Assembly (NCBI GenBank): GCA_963785305.1
Contig: CAWAUV010000007.1
Coordinates: 192,001 to 256,000, forward strand
Source: an uncultured Planctomycetaceae bacterium
GTDB taxonomy: Bacteria; Planctomycetota; Planctomycetia; Pirellulales; PALSA-1355
DNA: 64,000 nucleotides
Direction of reading: 5' to 3'
In this document: positions 19,985 to 31,727 of the stretch, in pieces
How the letters are laid out: each line of letters starts with the position of its first letter
Position numbering within the stretch: position 1 is the stretch's first letter
Translations under genes and position numbers: made by a program
Notes under the pieces: model-generated
Databases searched by the model: none
What the model saw: the letters and a program-made list of their open reading frames with translations, nothing else
Told to the model about the DNA's origin: nothing

Positions 19985-22574
19985 ATGGCAGACGATCAGC
20001 AAACCCCCGACGACGCGCCCCGGCCTCCCGACGAAGGCATTCAAGACTTCGTCACCCCCAAGGTTCAAGGCGAATACGGCGCCAGTCAGATTCGCGTGCT
20101 CACCGATCTCGAGCATGTGCGGCAGCGGTCGGGCATGTATATCGGCAACACCGAGTCCGCCGGCCTGCACCACTTGGTTTACGAAACGGTCGACAACTCG
20201 ATCGACGAGGCCATGGCCGGCCATGCCCATGATATCAGCGTCGTCGTCAACGCCGACGGCTCGATCGCCGTGACCGACGATGGCCGCGGTATTCCGGTGG
20301 AAGTGCATCCGGACCTGGGCATCTCGACGCTCGAAGCCGTGATGACGAAGCTCAAGGTGGGCGGCAAGTTCGACAAGCAGGTTTACAAGACCTCGGGCGG
20401 GTTGCACGGCATCGGCGTGAAGGCGGTGAACTTTCTTTCCGAATGGTGCGAAGTCGAAGTCCGCCGCGATGGCCATGTGTATCAGCAAGAATACGAGCGC
20501 GGCGTGCCCACCGGCCCGGTGCGGCGAATGGGCAAGACCGATCGCACCGGCACGAAGACCACCTTCAAGCCCGACCATCAGATGTTCGGCGCGCTGAAGT
20601 TCGACTACAACACGCTGCACCGCCGCTTGCAGGAGCTCGCCTTTTTGAACAAGGGCGTCAAAATTTCCTTTCTCGACGAGCGCTCCGGCCAGGGCGAGAC
20701 CTTTCGATACGATCGCGGGCTCGTGCAGTTCGTCGAACATTTGAATCGCGCCAGCGAACCGCTCCACGCCGACGTGATCTATCTGCAAAAAGAACAAGAC
20801 AACGTGGGCATCGAAGTCGCGGTGCAATACACCGGCGAGTTCACCGCCAACGAGCATTCGTTCGTCAACAACATCAACACGGTCGACGGCGGAACCCATC
20901 TCTCGGGCTTTCGCTCGGCTCTCACTCGGGCCCTCTCGACCTATGGCAAGGCGCATAATTCGTTCAAGGACCTGGCGCCCACCGGCGAGGACTTTCGCGA
21001 GGGGCTCACGGCGATCGTGTCGGTGCGCGTGCCCGAGCCAAAGTTTCAGGCTCAAACCAAGGGCAAGCTCAACAACGGCGAAGTCGAGGGTATCGTCAAC
21101 TCGGTGGTCGGCGAGTATCTGACCAACTATCTCGAACAAAACCCCCGCTCGGCCAAGGCGATCGTGCAAAAGGCGATGCTCGCCGCCGAAGCGCGGGAAG
21201 CGGCCCGCAAGGCACGGGCCCTATTGCGCGAGCGGAAGGGCGCGCTCGCGGGCCATGGCTTGCCGGGCAAGCTCGCGCGATTGCAGCAGTCGCGATGTCG
21301 AGAAGTGCGAGCTCTATCTGGTCGAGGGTGATTCGGCCGGTGGTAGCGCCGAGGGCGGCCGGCTGCGCGAATATCAAGCGATCTTGCCCTTGCGCGGCAA
21401 GATCATCAACGCCTACAAATTGCGCGAGGACAAAGTGCTGGCCAACGAGGAAGTCCGCAGCATGATCTCGGCCATCGGCTCCGGAATCGGCGAGGACACC
21501 GACTTGAGCAAGCGCCGCTACGGCAAGATCGTGATCATGACCGACGCCGATGTCGATGGCTCGCATATTCGCACCTTGCTGCTCACCTTCTTCTATCGGC
21601 AGATGTACGATCTGGTGAGCGGAGGCCATGTGTATGTCGCCCAGCCGCCGCTGTTTCGCGTGAAAACAAAGCGTAAGACCTACTATGTGCAAACCGAGGA
21701 GGAGATGAAGAACCAGCTCTTGGAACACGGCCTGGGCGACGCGACTTTCGAGCCCGGCGATGGTCGCCGGATCGAGGGCGAGGACATGAAGCGGCTCGCC
21801 CGCACCCTGGCTTCGATGGAGGATTCGCTCACGGCGCTCGAGCGCCGCGGCGTGAGCCTGCGGACCCATGCCCTGCGGCAAGATCCGGTGAGCGGCAAGT
21901 TGCCGATCTATCACGTGTTTCTAGGAACCCAGGAACATTGGTTTTCCACGGCCGACGAACTGAATAAGTTCGTCTCCGCGCAAGAAGTCGCGGCCGGTGG
22001 CGAGCTGAAAGTGAGCGACGAGCCCGCGGACGGTAAATCTCCGCCCGCCGGCGGTCCGGTAGCGCCCGTGCAAAAACCGACATCGCCCCCGCTGGCCAAC
22101 GGCGCGGCGCCCGCGGGCGAGGGGGCCGGTGAATCTCAAAGTTCACAGCTTCGCGTCGTCGATCTGCATGAAGTGCGCACCGTGAATTCGATGTTGGCCG
22201 AACTGGCCAAGCTCGGTTTCTCGATCTCCGATCTGATTCCGCAGGAGCGCACCGGAGTCGAGGAGCCCCGCTTCGTGCTTCGCCGCGGCGAACATGCCAC
22301 CGGCCTCGACGATCTCCGCGGGCTCTTGCCGGCGATCCGAGCCGCGGGCGAGCGGGGCTTGCATGTGACCCGCTTCAAAGGTTTGGGCGAAATGAACGCC
22401 GAGGAGCTGCGCGAAACAACGCTCGACCCGGCGAACCGCACCCTTTTGAAAGTCAGCATGAACGACGCCGGTTCGGCCGACGAGCTCTTCCGAGTGCTGA
22501 TGGGCGACAAAGTCGAACCCCGCCGCGAGTTCATCGAAAAACACGCCCTCGAAGCTCGCAATCTCGATGTTTAA
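19985..22574 (+). CDS. gyrB: DNA gyrase subunit B, frameshift near 21275
   Basis: [62 protein letters not shown]. Confidence 0.96.
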
Positions 22575-22740
22575 ACCCCAAGAGCGGCGTGGGACGCGAA
22601 TCCTGTCAATTCAGACATAAAACCTGCCAAGGCGGGACACATTTGCTGTCGCACGGCACGGCAATTTGCCGCGGATTTTGCGTGGCCACCACCCTGGCTT
22701 CGGGCTTGATTCCTGGCATCCGTCGGACGAAAATGCCGGT

Positions 22741-22971
22741 ATGTTAATTCATGGTCGAGTGCATGACGGCGTGGTCGTTTTGGAAGGCGGCCAGACCTTG
22801 CCAGAAGGCATGCAGGTAACCATCTCCTGTCCGGCTACGCCGAGTTCGTCACTGGCCGAACCGAAGCGCCGGGTTAATTTGCCGCTCGTGCCGTCCAAGC
22901 GCCCCGGTAGCTTGAAATTAACCGCTGAACGGGTCGCCGAGATTCTGGACGAAGATGATGTTTCTGCCTGA
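22741..22971 (+). CDS. Putative antitoxin (VapB-like)
   Basis: MLIHGRVHDGVVVL..LPEG.QV beta-hairpin fold; overlaps the start of a PIN toxin gene. Confidence 0.65.
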   Translation: MLIHGRVHDGVVVLEGGQTLPEGMQVTISCPATPSSSLAEPKRRVNLPLVPSKRPGSLKLTAERVAEILDEDDVSA

Positions 22972-23380
22972 CGTCAATCTTTGGCTGGCCTTGGGATTCA
23001 GCCAACATGTCCATCATGTGGCCGCCAAAAATTGATTCGAGACCGTGCCAGAGCAGGCGTGTTCTTTTTGTAGACTTACTCAGCAAGGATTTCTTAGGCT
23101 GGCATCGAATCCCAAGGTTTTCGGCGACGAAGCAGTGTCGCTTGCGGATGCTTGGCGACTTTACGACGCGCTTGTCATCGATCCCCGGGTTGCATTCTCT
23201 GAGGAGCCGGCGGAACTGGAGGCGTCATGGCGACAATATACGCGAAGGGATTCGTTCTCTCCTAAAGTTTGAAACGACGCGTATTTGGCGGCATTCGCCC
23301 GAACTGCGTCGTGTGAGTTGGTCACCTTCGACAAAGGGTTCAAAGCTTACCAGGATGTGAGCTGCAGTATTCTTGGGTAG
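22958..23380 (+). pseudogene. vapC: VapC-type PIN-domain toxin with two in-frame TGA stops
   Basis: MFLPDVNLWLAL...HH...TQQGFLRL...KV*NDAYLAA...LVTFDKGF in one frame; TGA at 23033 and 23270. Confidence 0.85.
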
Positions 23381-23692
23381 CCGCGAAGCTCGACTGGCGG
23401 CGAGGGCAAATCATCCGGACGGCCTTACTTGCACATAACGAACTTCTGTCCAGGGTCGGTCGGAGCGAATATTCTGAGTTTTGATACCCAATTCTTTTTG
23501 GGGGTGGTTGGGGCATTGCGTGGGCATGCCCTGCCGCCGTGGTCGAAGAAAACAACGGACGAGTGAGCTGGCCACGGTAAAGGATATTTGTCCGAACCGA
23601 ACGTAAGTCCTTTGGGATCGGCGCCGCTTCGGACAATACTGTATGTCCGGCGCCAACGCGCGGGCGGAAAAAGCTCGAAATTAGCGCCGTCG

Positions 23693-25402
23693 TCAACCCG
23701 CGCCGAAGCGTTCGACCAGGAAACCGCGGAGCGCTTCGACATCGAGGCTGTCGGAGCGCCAGGCGATATAGCCATCGGGGCGGATCAAGAATAGGGCCCG
23801 AGGCGATTCGGGGCTCACGCCGTAAGCGGCGAAGATTTGGCCCGACTCGGCCCGATGGATCCGTGGATCGCGGCCGATGAGCGAATGCGTCACCAAGTGC
23901 GGCGTGAGCTCCAGGCCCAGCGATCGAGGCAGCGAGATGAGCGAATCGGTGAGCTTCGCGATCTCCTCGCCATCGAGCGACAGCCGCGAGAGCGCGAGCA
24001 CATGGAAGCGATAACCCCCGATGAGCGAGAACAGATCGACGCCGCGGGCAATCGCCGCGTTGGGCGCCCGATGCCCGGCCGTGAGACCGGTGGTCCATTC
24101 CCGGGGCGCCGCGGCGCTCGAGGCGTCGCGCACCCATGGGCTGTCGTAATATCGGATGCCAAGCTGCGAAATGAAGTGAAACGCGCGGGCCCGCATCATG
24201 CCGCTTTTCGAGATCATGCCGGCGAAGAGCGGCACGAGCCGGTTGCGGAGCGCCGACTTCCAACCGGTTTGCGTGACCATGTTGGAAAACAGCTTGTCGG
24301 TGTAGCGCAGCACATGTTCACCCACCGGGCGCCGCTCGTCATTGTAGGTGTCGAGCAATCCCGGCGGCGCGTGGCCGCGCATGACGAGCGCGAGTTTCCA
24401 AACCAAGTTCGCGGCGTCTTGCAGGCCGGTGTTCATGCCTTGCCCGCCGGCGGGGCTATGGATGTGCGCGGCGTCGCCGGCAACGAAGACGCGCCCCACG
24501 CGGTAGCGATCGACCCCGCGATGATGCACGCGATAGCGCGTGAGCCAAGTGGCGTCGCTCAGGGTGACATCGAGCCCCACGGCCGCTGCGAAGACCGCTT
24601 GCACTTCGGCCAGGGTCGTGGGCGAGGAGCCTTGCCCTTCGATGCCGGTCGGCGCGTCGGCCACGTCCGACGGAATCATCGCCACCACTCGGCAGATGTT
24701 CTTGCCTCGTAGCGGCAGATATACCGCGAAATGATTCTCTTTCAAAAACAGCTTGAAATGCGAATAGTCGAGCGGCCAGTCGATCTTGCAATCGGCCAAG
24801 AGCATGTTTTGCGGATAGGGCGCTCCCTCGAACCGCAGGCCGAGCGAGCGGCGCACGATACTATGCGCCCCATCGGCCCCGATCGCATAAGCCGCCGAGA
24901 GCGAGCCCTCGCTGCCCGAGCCATCGACATAGCGCGCCACGACGCTCTGGCTCGACTGTTCGATCGCGGTCACGCGCCGGCCGCGCTCGACCTCGAGGCC
25001 ATGTTCCTTGAGGTCCTCGACCAACAGGGCTTCGATCTCGCTCTGGGGAACCATGAGCAAGAAGGAGTAGGGCGTGTCTTGCCGGCCGATGTCGTCGAAA
25101 TTCAACTCGGCCGCTTGTTTGCCGTCGACATAGATTTGGGCGCCGGTGGCCATCACCCCGCGATCAAGAAACCGTTCGGCCAGCCCCAGACTCAGCAGCA
25201 GCTCGAGGCTCTTCGCTTGCAGCCCAAAGGCTCGCGATTCGTGAGCTGGTTGCTCGCTCTTGTCGAGGATTCGGGTCCTAAGGCCGCAGCGCGCCAAGAG
25301 GGCCGCCGCCATGAGCCCGGTCGGCCCGGCGCCGATGATCACCACATCCGTGTCGAGCGGCTGGCCGGTTATCGGCGCCGCGCCCTGGGGTTCGCTCTCC
25401 AT
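23693..25402 (-). CDS. FAD-dependent monooxygenase (PheA/TfdB-type aromatic hydroxylase family)
   Basis: IIGAGPTGL, IGADGAHS, FVAGDAAHIHSPAGGQGMNTGLQDA, LIRPDGYIAW. Confidence 0.92.
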   Translation of the reverse strand: MESEPQGAAPITGQPLDTDVVIIGAGPTGLMAAALLARCGLRTRILDKSEQPAHESRAFGLQAKSLELLLSLGLAERFLDRGVMATGAQIYVDGKQAAELNFDDIGRQDTPYSFLLMVPQSEIEALLVEDLKEHGLEVERGRRVTAIEQSSQSVVARYVDGSGSEGSLSAAYAIGADGAHSIVRRSLGLRFEGAPYPQNMLLADCKIDWPLDYSHFKLFLKENHFAVYLPLRGKNICRVVAMIPSDVADAPTGIEGQGSSPTTLAEVQAVFAAAVGLDVTLSDATWLTRYRVHHRGVDRYRVGRVFVAGDAAHIHSPAGGQGMNTGLQDAANLVWKLALVMRGHAPPGLLDTYNDERRPVGEHVLRYTDKLFSNMVTQTGWKSALRNRLVPLFAGMISKSGMMRARAFHFISQLGIRYYDSPWVRDASSAAAPREWTTGLTAGHRAPNAAIARGVDLFSLIGGYRFHVLALSRLSLDGEEIAKLTDSLISLPRSLGLELTPHLVTHSLIGRDPRIHRAESGQIFAAYGVSPESPRALFLIRPDGYIAWRSDSLDVEALRGFLVERFGAG

Positions 25403-25412
25403 CGCTTCTCCC

Positions 25413-28241
25413 TTACCATGCGAGTTCCTCGATCAATTGGGCCCGATGGTCATGGAAGATCAGGGGCACGAGCAGCTCCATCTCTCCCAGCTTTCGGAGC
25501 ACCGGCGTCGCGTTTCCTCGTGGCTGCGAGATTCGCAGGCGCCAGTCGCCGTTGATCCGAAACTCGCCGCCTTCGAGCGCTTCGATTGTAGGCGCGCGGG
25601 CCGCCAGGAAATAGACCTCGGCATTGGGCGCCGGACCTTCGATCGCCAGCGTGCGGCGGAATCCCGGGTCGCGCCGCTCGCCGCCAGCGGCAAACGGAAT
25701 TGGCGTATCGCGGATTTGCAATTCGCCAAAGCGGTAGGCAAAGGTCGGCCGCCGCTCGCGATCCAGATGATAGCCCTCGAATTGATAGCCCTGCTGCTTG
25801 GCGTCGAGCGTGGGCCAGGGCGTGGTCGCCGGATCGGCCAGCACGGCCAGTGGCGTGGCTTTGACGAGCGAGAGCACATGATCGCCCAGCGGCGGTTGAT
25901 ATCCTTCGCCGCGTCCCGACCAGTGGCGCGAGGCGTCGATAAAGCCGCCATGCCACACGAGGGCGAGCCGCATGGTTTCGGCGTCGAACGCGAGATTGGC
26001 TTTCTCGGGATATCCGACGCCAATGGCCCGCGCCCGGCGCCTTCGATAAAGTTGCGATAGATCACGGGCTCCTTGTCGGCGACCAGCTCGATTTGCGTGC
26101 CGCCCAAACCGCGCGGCGGAGGCGCCTTGTCGCCATCGGCCAGATACAGCCACACGGCTTCGATCTGCCGCCGAGCGTCGCCCCCAAGCACTTTGCGATA
26201 AAACACTTGCCCATCGGGCCAAGCGGCCGGCATCCGCGTGCCGGGACGATACGCTTGCGGGTTCAGCAGATAGCGCGAGAACCAATCGTGGCGCAGGCGC
26301 TGGGTCATGCGGGTCATGTTCATCGAGCGAATGCCCTTGCTGGGCAGTTTGCCGAAGTCATGGCAATTGATGCAACTCAGCCCCGGCGCTTCGGGAGTTC
26401 CCGCGCCCACGAGCATGCGGCCATCGGCCTTGGCTCGCGACAGCTCGCTAGCGGCGAATTCCGGAGCCGGCGGCGAATCCTTGGCGTCGGTCTTATGCAG
26501 CAGCGCGGCGAGTTGCTGGAGATTGCCCCCGCCGAACTTCGGCATGTGCGTGAGCATATAGGGCCGGTCCTCGCCGCCGTTGTCGAAAATGTGGCGAATG
26601 TATTCCTCGCGCAGCTTGTCGCCCACGCCCGTGAGCGGCGGCGGAATTCGTCCTTCGTCGCCCATTTCGGGCTGCGTGGTTTTGAAAAACGCATTGCGAT
26701 CCGCCTCGACGCCGCCGCGACCGTCGCGCGCGTGGCAGGCGTAGCAGTTCATGGCCATCAGCGTGCGATGGATGTCGTCGGCCGGCGTGAGCGATGCGGC
26801 CGGCTCTTGCCCAAAGGCTCGCACCGCGGCGCCCAGCGAGTCGAGCTCGGCGTCGCTCAAGGCGAACTGCGGTATTCCAGGCGAGGCCGCGGCATTGAGG
26901 CAGCCAGCGCCATTGCGCAGCTTCGAGAGCGGCCGGGCCGAGAGCGTGCTGGCCACATGTTTGCCATCGTGTTTCATTTCATGGCACGCCGCGCAGCCCA
27001 GCGAGGCAAACAGCTCGCGCCCCTGCTTCACCAGGGCCGGATCGATTGTAAACGCCTTCACATCGTCGTGTCCGGGCTGGCGGTCGAGCGTCACATGCGC
27101 GGCCAGCGGCGCCCGCTCGATCCCGGGTCCGGAAAACTCGACCTCGAGTTCCGCTTCGCCGCCGGCTTGAAAGTATTGCACTTCGATCGGATGGGGGCCG
27201 GGCTCCAGATGGCGGCGGCCCTCGAAGAACTGAAAGCCATGCACGCCATCGCCATCGACGACCATCTCGCCATCGATGAATAGCCGCACGCCATCGTCGC
27301 CGCCGGCATAAAACGTGTAGTCGCCCGATTTGTCGATTTGGAGAAAGCCGACGAAGCGAAGGCCGAAGTTTTCCGTCGCCCCGGCCAAGCTCGGCTGAAT
27401 GCCAACAACGGCGCCCGACTCGGCCACCGCCGCTTTGTCGAGCTCGGTGAGATTCGAGAAACTGCCGCGGTAGAGCGTGTATTTGAAATTGGGGGGCGCT
27501 TTTGCGCGCCGCTGGGCGGTCCGGCGCCGGCTAGGTATTGCGCGATCCCGCGAGCTTGTTCCATCGTGAGTTTCAAATTTGGCATGCGTCCGCTGGGGCG
27601 AACCTTGAGGGGATCGAGCAAAAAGGCTTCCAGCGAACCGGCGCTATACTTGGCCTCCACGGCGTCGAGCGACTTCGCGTCGGCCGGCTTCGCCGCGCCC
27701 GCTTCGCGCGGACCATGACACGCCACGCAGCCCACGGTGGCGAAGAGCTCTTGGCCCTGCTTGGCCGCCTTCGGGTTTTCTTTCCCCTCGGTCACGACAC
27801 CGGTCGAGGCGAGATAATGCACCAGCGCCTCGACCGTGCCCGCCGCGGCCTCGGGCTTGAGATGCGCGAACAGGCTCGGCATGGTCGTGCCGGGCGAAGT
27901 GGCTTGCGGATTGGCGATGAATCCGCGGAGATAGTCGACTCGCACCCGCGCCGACATGCTCGAGATTGGGCGCCGCTTTCTTCAAGAGCCGCGGCTTCCA
28001 GACGTCGGAGGGCTGATGACATTGCGCAGCCCAATTCGCCGATGAGCGTCAGCCCGCCGTTGAGCACATCGGCCGGCCGCTGCTCGTCGCGAAATCGCTC
28101 GAACCCCGGCACGACCGCATGCGCAGCTTTCGGCGGCCACGGCCGCGCCGCCCAGGCTGCCCAGCAGCAGCGAGCCCGCCACCAGCGCGAAGCTCGCAAC
28201 CCGGCAAGCCGAGGCGTCGAGCCAGGTCGATCGAGCCGCAT
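25413..28241 (-). CDS. Multiheme c-type cytochrome with PA14 domain, several frameshifts
   Basis: CVACH, CAACH, CYACH and CINCH motifs; PA14 motif GDYTFYAGGDDGVRLFIDG; pieces in overlapping frames. Confidence 0.8.
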
Positions 28242-28497
28242 GTCGAACCGTTTTGAATAAACCTTGGGATGCGTGAAGGGAGAATTGGCGAATGCGGGAC
28301 ATGGGCGGGGCAACCTCAAAGCGTTTTCAGGAGGGTGAGCAACACGAGCGCGGAAGGACAAAGCAGCGAGAGCGACGCCGCCGGCCGCAAGCCGACTCGC
28401 CCCCGAGCCGGGCTCTAGCCTAATCCACCCAAAACCCAAAAGCCAGCATCCCGAAAAGCGGCCGTGAAAAAGCGAAGTGAACAACCGCGGCGAGCGT

Positions 28498-30440
28498 TTA
28501 GAGTTGCTCGTAGCGCTCCACTTGTTCCGCCACCGAGGCCAGGCTCGTGCGCCAAAAGTCGGGGCGGGTGATGTCGATGCCGAAGCGGGCGGCTAGCGGC
28601 GCCGCGTCGTCTTCGCCCGTCGAACGCAGCAATTGCCGGTAGCGATCAACGAAAGACGCCCCATCTTGATGATAGACCGCATACAACCCTTGGGCAAACA
28701 GTTGCCCGAAGGCGTAGGGGAAGTTGTAGAAATTGCTCGTGTGCTGGTAGTAATGCGGCTTCCACAGCCACATATAAGGTTGATACGTGGCTGGCTCGAC
28801 CGCCTCGGCATAGGTGTCTCGCTGTGCGGCGAGCATCAGCTCGCACAACTCGTCGGCGCTGAGCTCGCTCTTGGCCCGCCGCTCGAGCACGGCCGACTCG
28901 AACTGAAAGCGGCACGAAATATCCAGGCACACTTGGGTCGCGCCGCAAAGCTGCGATTCCAAGATCGCCAGCCGCTCGGCCGGCGCGGCCTGGGCCAGCG
29001 TGGCTTCGGCCACGAGCGTTTCGCAAAAGATGCTCGCCGTCTCGGCCAGCGCCATGGGCGAGCCGCGCCGCAGCGGCTCGAGGCCGCGCTGGCATTCGTT
29101 GTGGTAGCCGTGGCCGAGCTCGTGCGCCAGGGTGCTCACTTGCTCGTAGCTACCGTCGAAGTTCATCAAAATGCGACTTTCCTCGACCCCCACCACTCCC
29201 ATGCAAAACGCCCCGCCGCGCTTGCCGTCGCGCGGCGCGGCGTCGACCCAGCGCTCGTCGAACGCTCGCCGGGCATAGCGGCCCAGATCGTCGCTAAAAT
29301 CGCTGAATCGGTCGACCAGAAAATCGCACGCCTCGGGCCACGTGAATCGCATGCTCGACTCGCCCACCGGCGCGAACAGGTCCCACCACCGCAGCCGCTC
29401 GAGACCCAGCTTGCGGGCCTTGGCCCGCAAATAGCGGCGAAACACGGGAAACGACTCGCGAATGGCCCCGAGCAGCGCGTCGAGCGTCGGCCGGTCGATG
29501 CGGTTCTGCTCGAGCGATTCGTCGAGCACGCTCGGGCGCCCACGATGCCGGGCCAGCGTGAGCGATGTGCCCTTGACCGAGTTGATCGCCGCCGCGACCG
29601 GAGTGCGCACCGAGTGCCAAGCTGCGACCTCGGCGTGATAGGCTCGCTCGCGCAGGGCGGCGTCGGGATGATACGCGTAGTTATGCACGACCGTGACCGG
29701 CAACGATTCGACGGCGACCTCGTCCATGCCAGCGCCTTCGCGCTGGAGCGATGCCTTGAGCTGGCTGGTCACGGCGCCTTGCAGCCGCGAAAACGCCACG
29801 GCCGCGTCGAGGCACAGCTCGGCGGCGAGTCGCTCGAGCTCCTCGGGCATTAGAAATCGACTGCGGCGAGCGGCGTCGAGCAGATAGTAACGATGCGACT
29901 CGAGCGCGGGCGCTCGGCGATGATCTCCGGCAACCGCGGGCCGATGGCGCCCAACCAGCCGAGCAGCCGCACATCGAGTTGCTCGCGGCGCGTGCCGATG
30001 ATTTCGAGGCGCGAGGTCTCGCGGGCGGCGAGCGCGTTGTAGCTATCGGTGGTGAGAAACGCGTGGACAAACGAATCGAGCGTGCCGACGAGCCGCGCCA
30101 GATTGTTCAACCCGGCCAGGGCCAGTTCGAGCGAGCCCGCGATTGCGCCGTGCGGCGCCGCGGCGAGTGCGGCGGCTTCCGCGGCGCTTGGTCGGCGAAT
30201 GCCGCGCTGGTCGAAAGCGAGCGCGAGTGCTTCGAGGTCGCGTTCTAATTGGGCAAAGGCCCCGCGATAGTCCTCGGCCTCGAGCCCGGAATAGATATTG
30301 GCCGTGTTCCAGCGCGGCAAGTCGGGTTGTGGCCCGTCCGAGCGCGGCGCGTCGGAGTGTGGGCTGTCGATGGGCGAGGCCGAATCGCTTGGCGCCCTAC
30401 GACTGGTCGCCGCGTTTCGAGGCGCGTTGCCTCGGGGCAC
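28498..30440 (-). CDS. pepF: Oligoendopeptidase F (M3B), frameshifted near 29850-29900
   Basis: GKRGGAFC, TLAHELGHGYH, LAETASIFCE, FYNFPYAFG. Confidence 0.9.
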
Positions 30441-31001
30441 ATTATCATGGGGCGCGCTGTCTCGGGCGCACTGTCAGACATGCGATTGCTCCGCCTGGGC
30501 AGGGAAAAAGCCGAACTGCCGCTTCGTGTCGCGCTCCCGAGATCCAGGGCCCCCGAATTTCAGGCCCCCGAGATTCAGGTGCGAATGTCCTTGCGTTTCG
30601 CGCGGCGGGCCTTGCTATTGGCGGGCCGACGGCCATGGTTGGCCTTCTTCAATGTGCGATGCGGTTTGGCCATGAGAGTCGCTCCAAGCTTCGAATGGAT
30701 CGAGGTTATTCGCAAAAGCCGCGGGAAATGCAGCATCCGATTCAAGGGAATCGGTCAATTTAGCATCCCCCCGCCCCGGCGCGAAGCCCACGCGGGAAGG
30801 GAGATTTTGGTACGCGGCCGGCGCCGTCGAGAACAGGGCCCCGGCGGAGCAAGAGCGGGCCGATAGCGAAGTGTTTCGCGGCGTCGCGGCCGAAAAAAAA
30901 TGGTCTGGACACGCGGCGTCAACGGCGCCAGACTCCTGCCGCCCCACGCATATCTCTCGCGGTTCGCGTCTCTCGATTCTCGGGGAAAGGTTTGGCGTTG
31001 T

Positions 31002-31232
31002 ATGAAGGCCGCCTTCAAAGTGTGCGCCTCCGCTTGCGCTCGGATCGTCGCGGTCTGCATGCTCTGCTCGCTGCTATCGGGCTGCGGACTCTGGAGCCGC
31101 AGGCATTCGCCGGCCGACCCGGCCGCCGCCGCCGAGGCCAAAAAGCCCCCCGCGTGGCTCGAAGCGCTGCGCGTCGACCGCCTGCGCGACGAACGCGCGC
31201 TCGAAGTGGAACGGCATCTGGGCGGAAGCTAA
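31002..31232 (+). CDS. Small putative lipoprotein
   Basis: Hydrophobic leader ending in an LSGC lipobox. Confidence 0.55.
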   Translation: MKAAFKVCASACARIVAVCMLCSLLSGCGLWSRRHSPADPAAAAEAKKPPAWLEALRVDRLRDERALEVERHLGGS

Positions 31233-31354
31233 AATAACGCCTTCCAAGCGAATCGGCGCCGGTTCCCGCGACACGTTGGCCCGGTTTGCCCCCGTGGGCA
31301 GACGCGGCCGTTCGCCCTTCGCGTTGTTTCATGTTTCCGAAGGGGAGGCTGACC

Positions 31355-31726
31355 ATGTCCAAGCGAGTGCTCAGCATCGGCCAATGCGCGATGGACCACG
31401 GCTCGATCGCGGCGCTCGTCGCGCGCGAATTTCGGGCTGAAATCGTCGCCGCCGATTCGCTCGCCGAAGCGCGCAACGCGCTGGCCGACGGCCCGTTTGA
31501 GCTGGTGCTCGTCAATCGGCGGCTCGACGCCGATGGCGACGATGGCCTCGAAGTGATTCGAGCGCTCAAGGAGTCGCCCGGCGGCGATCGCTCACCCATG
31601 ATGCTCGTCAGCAATTTTCCCGAATTTCAAACAAAGGCCGTGGCCCTGGGCGCTGAAATGGGATTCGGAAAAAACGCGCTCGGCTCGCCCGCCACGCGCG
31701 AACGACTCGCGAAATTCTTGAGCTAG
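31355..31726 (+). CDS. Single-domain atypical response regulator receiver
   Basis: GGGAGG SD; receiver pattern FELVLVNR...DGLEVIRALK...MMLVS. Confidence 0.8.
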   Translation: MSKRVLSIGQCAMDHGSIAALVAREFRAEIVAADSLAEARNALADGPFELVLVNRRLDADGDDGLEVIRALKESPGGDRSPMMLVSNFPEFQTKAVALGAEMGFGKNALGSPATRERLAKFLS

Positions 31727-31727
31727 G

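Noticed and set aside
21700..22360. Intein or novel insertion in GyrB
   Set aside because: No intein terminal motifs; the position matches the known insertion after the TOPRIM region in long-form GyrB, plus a low-complexity linker.
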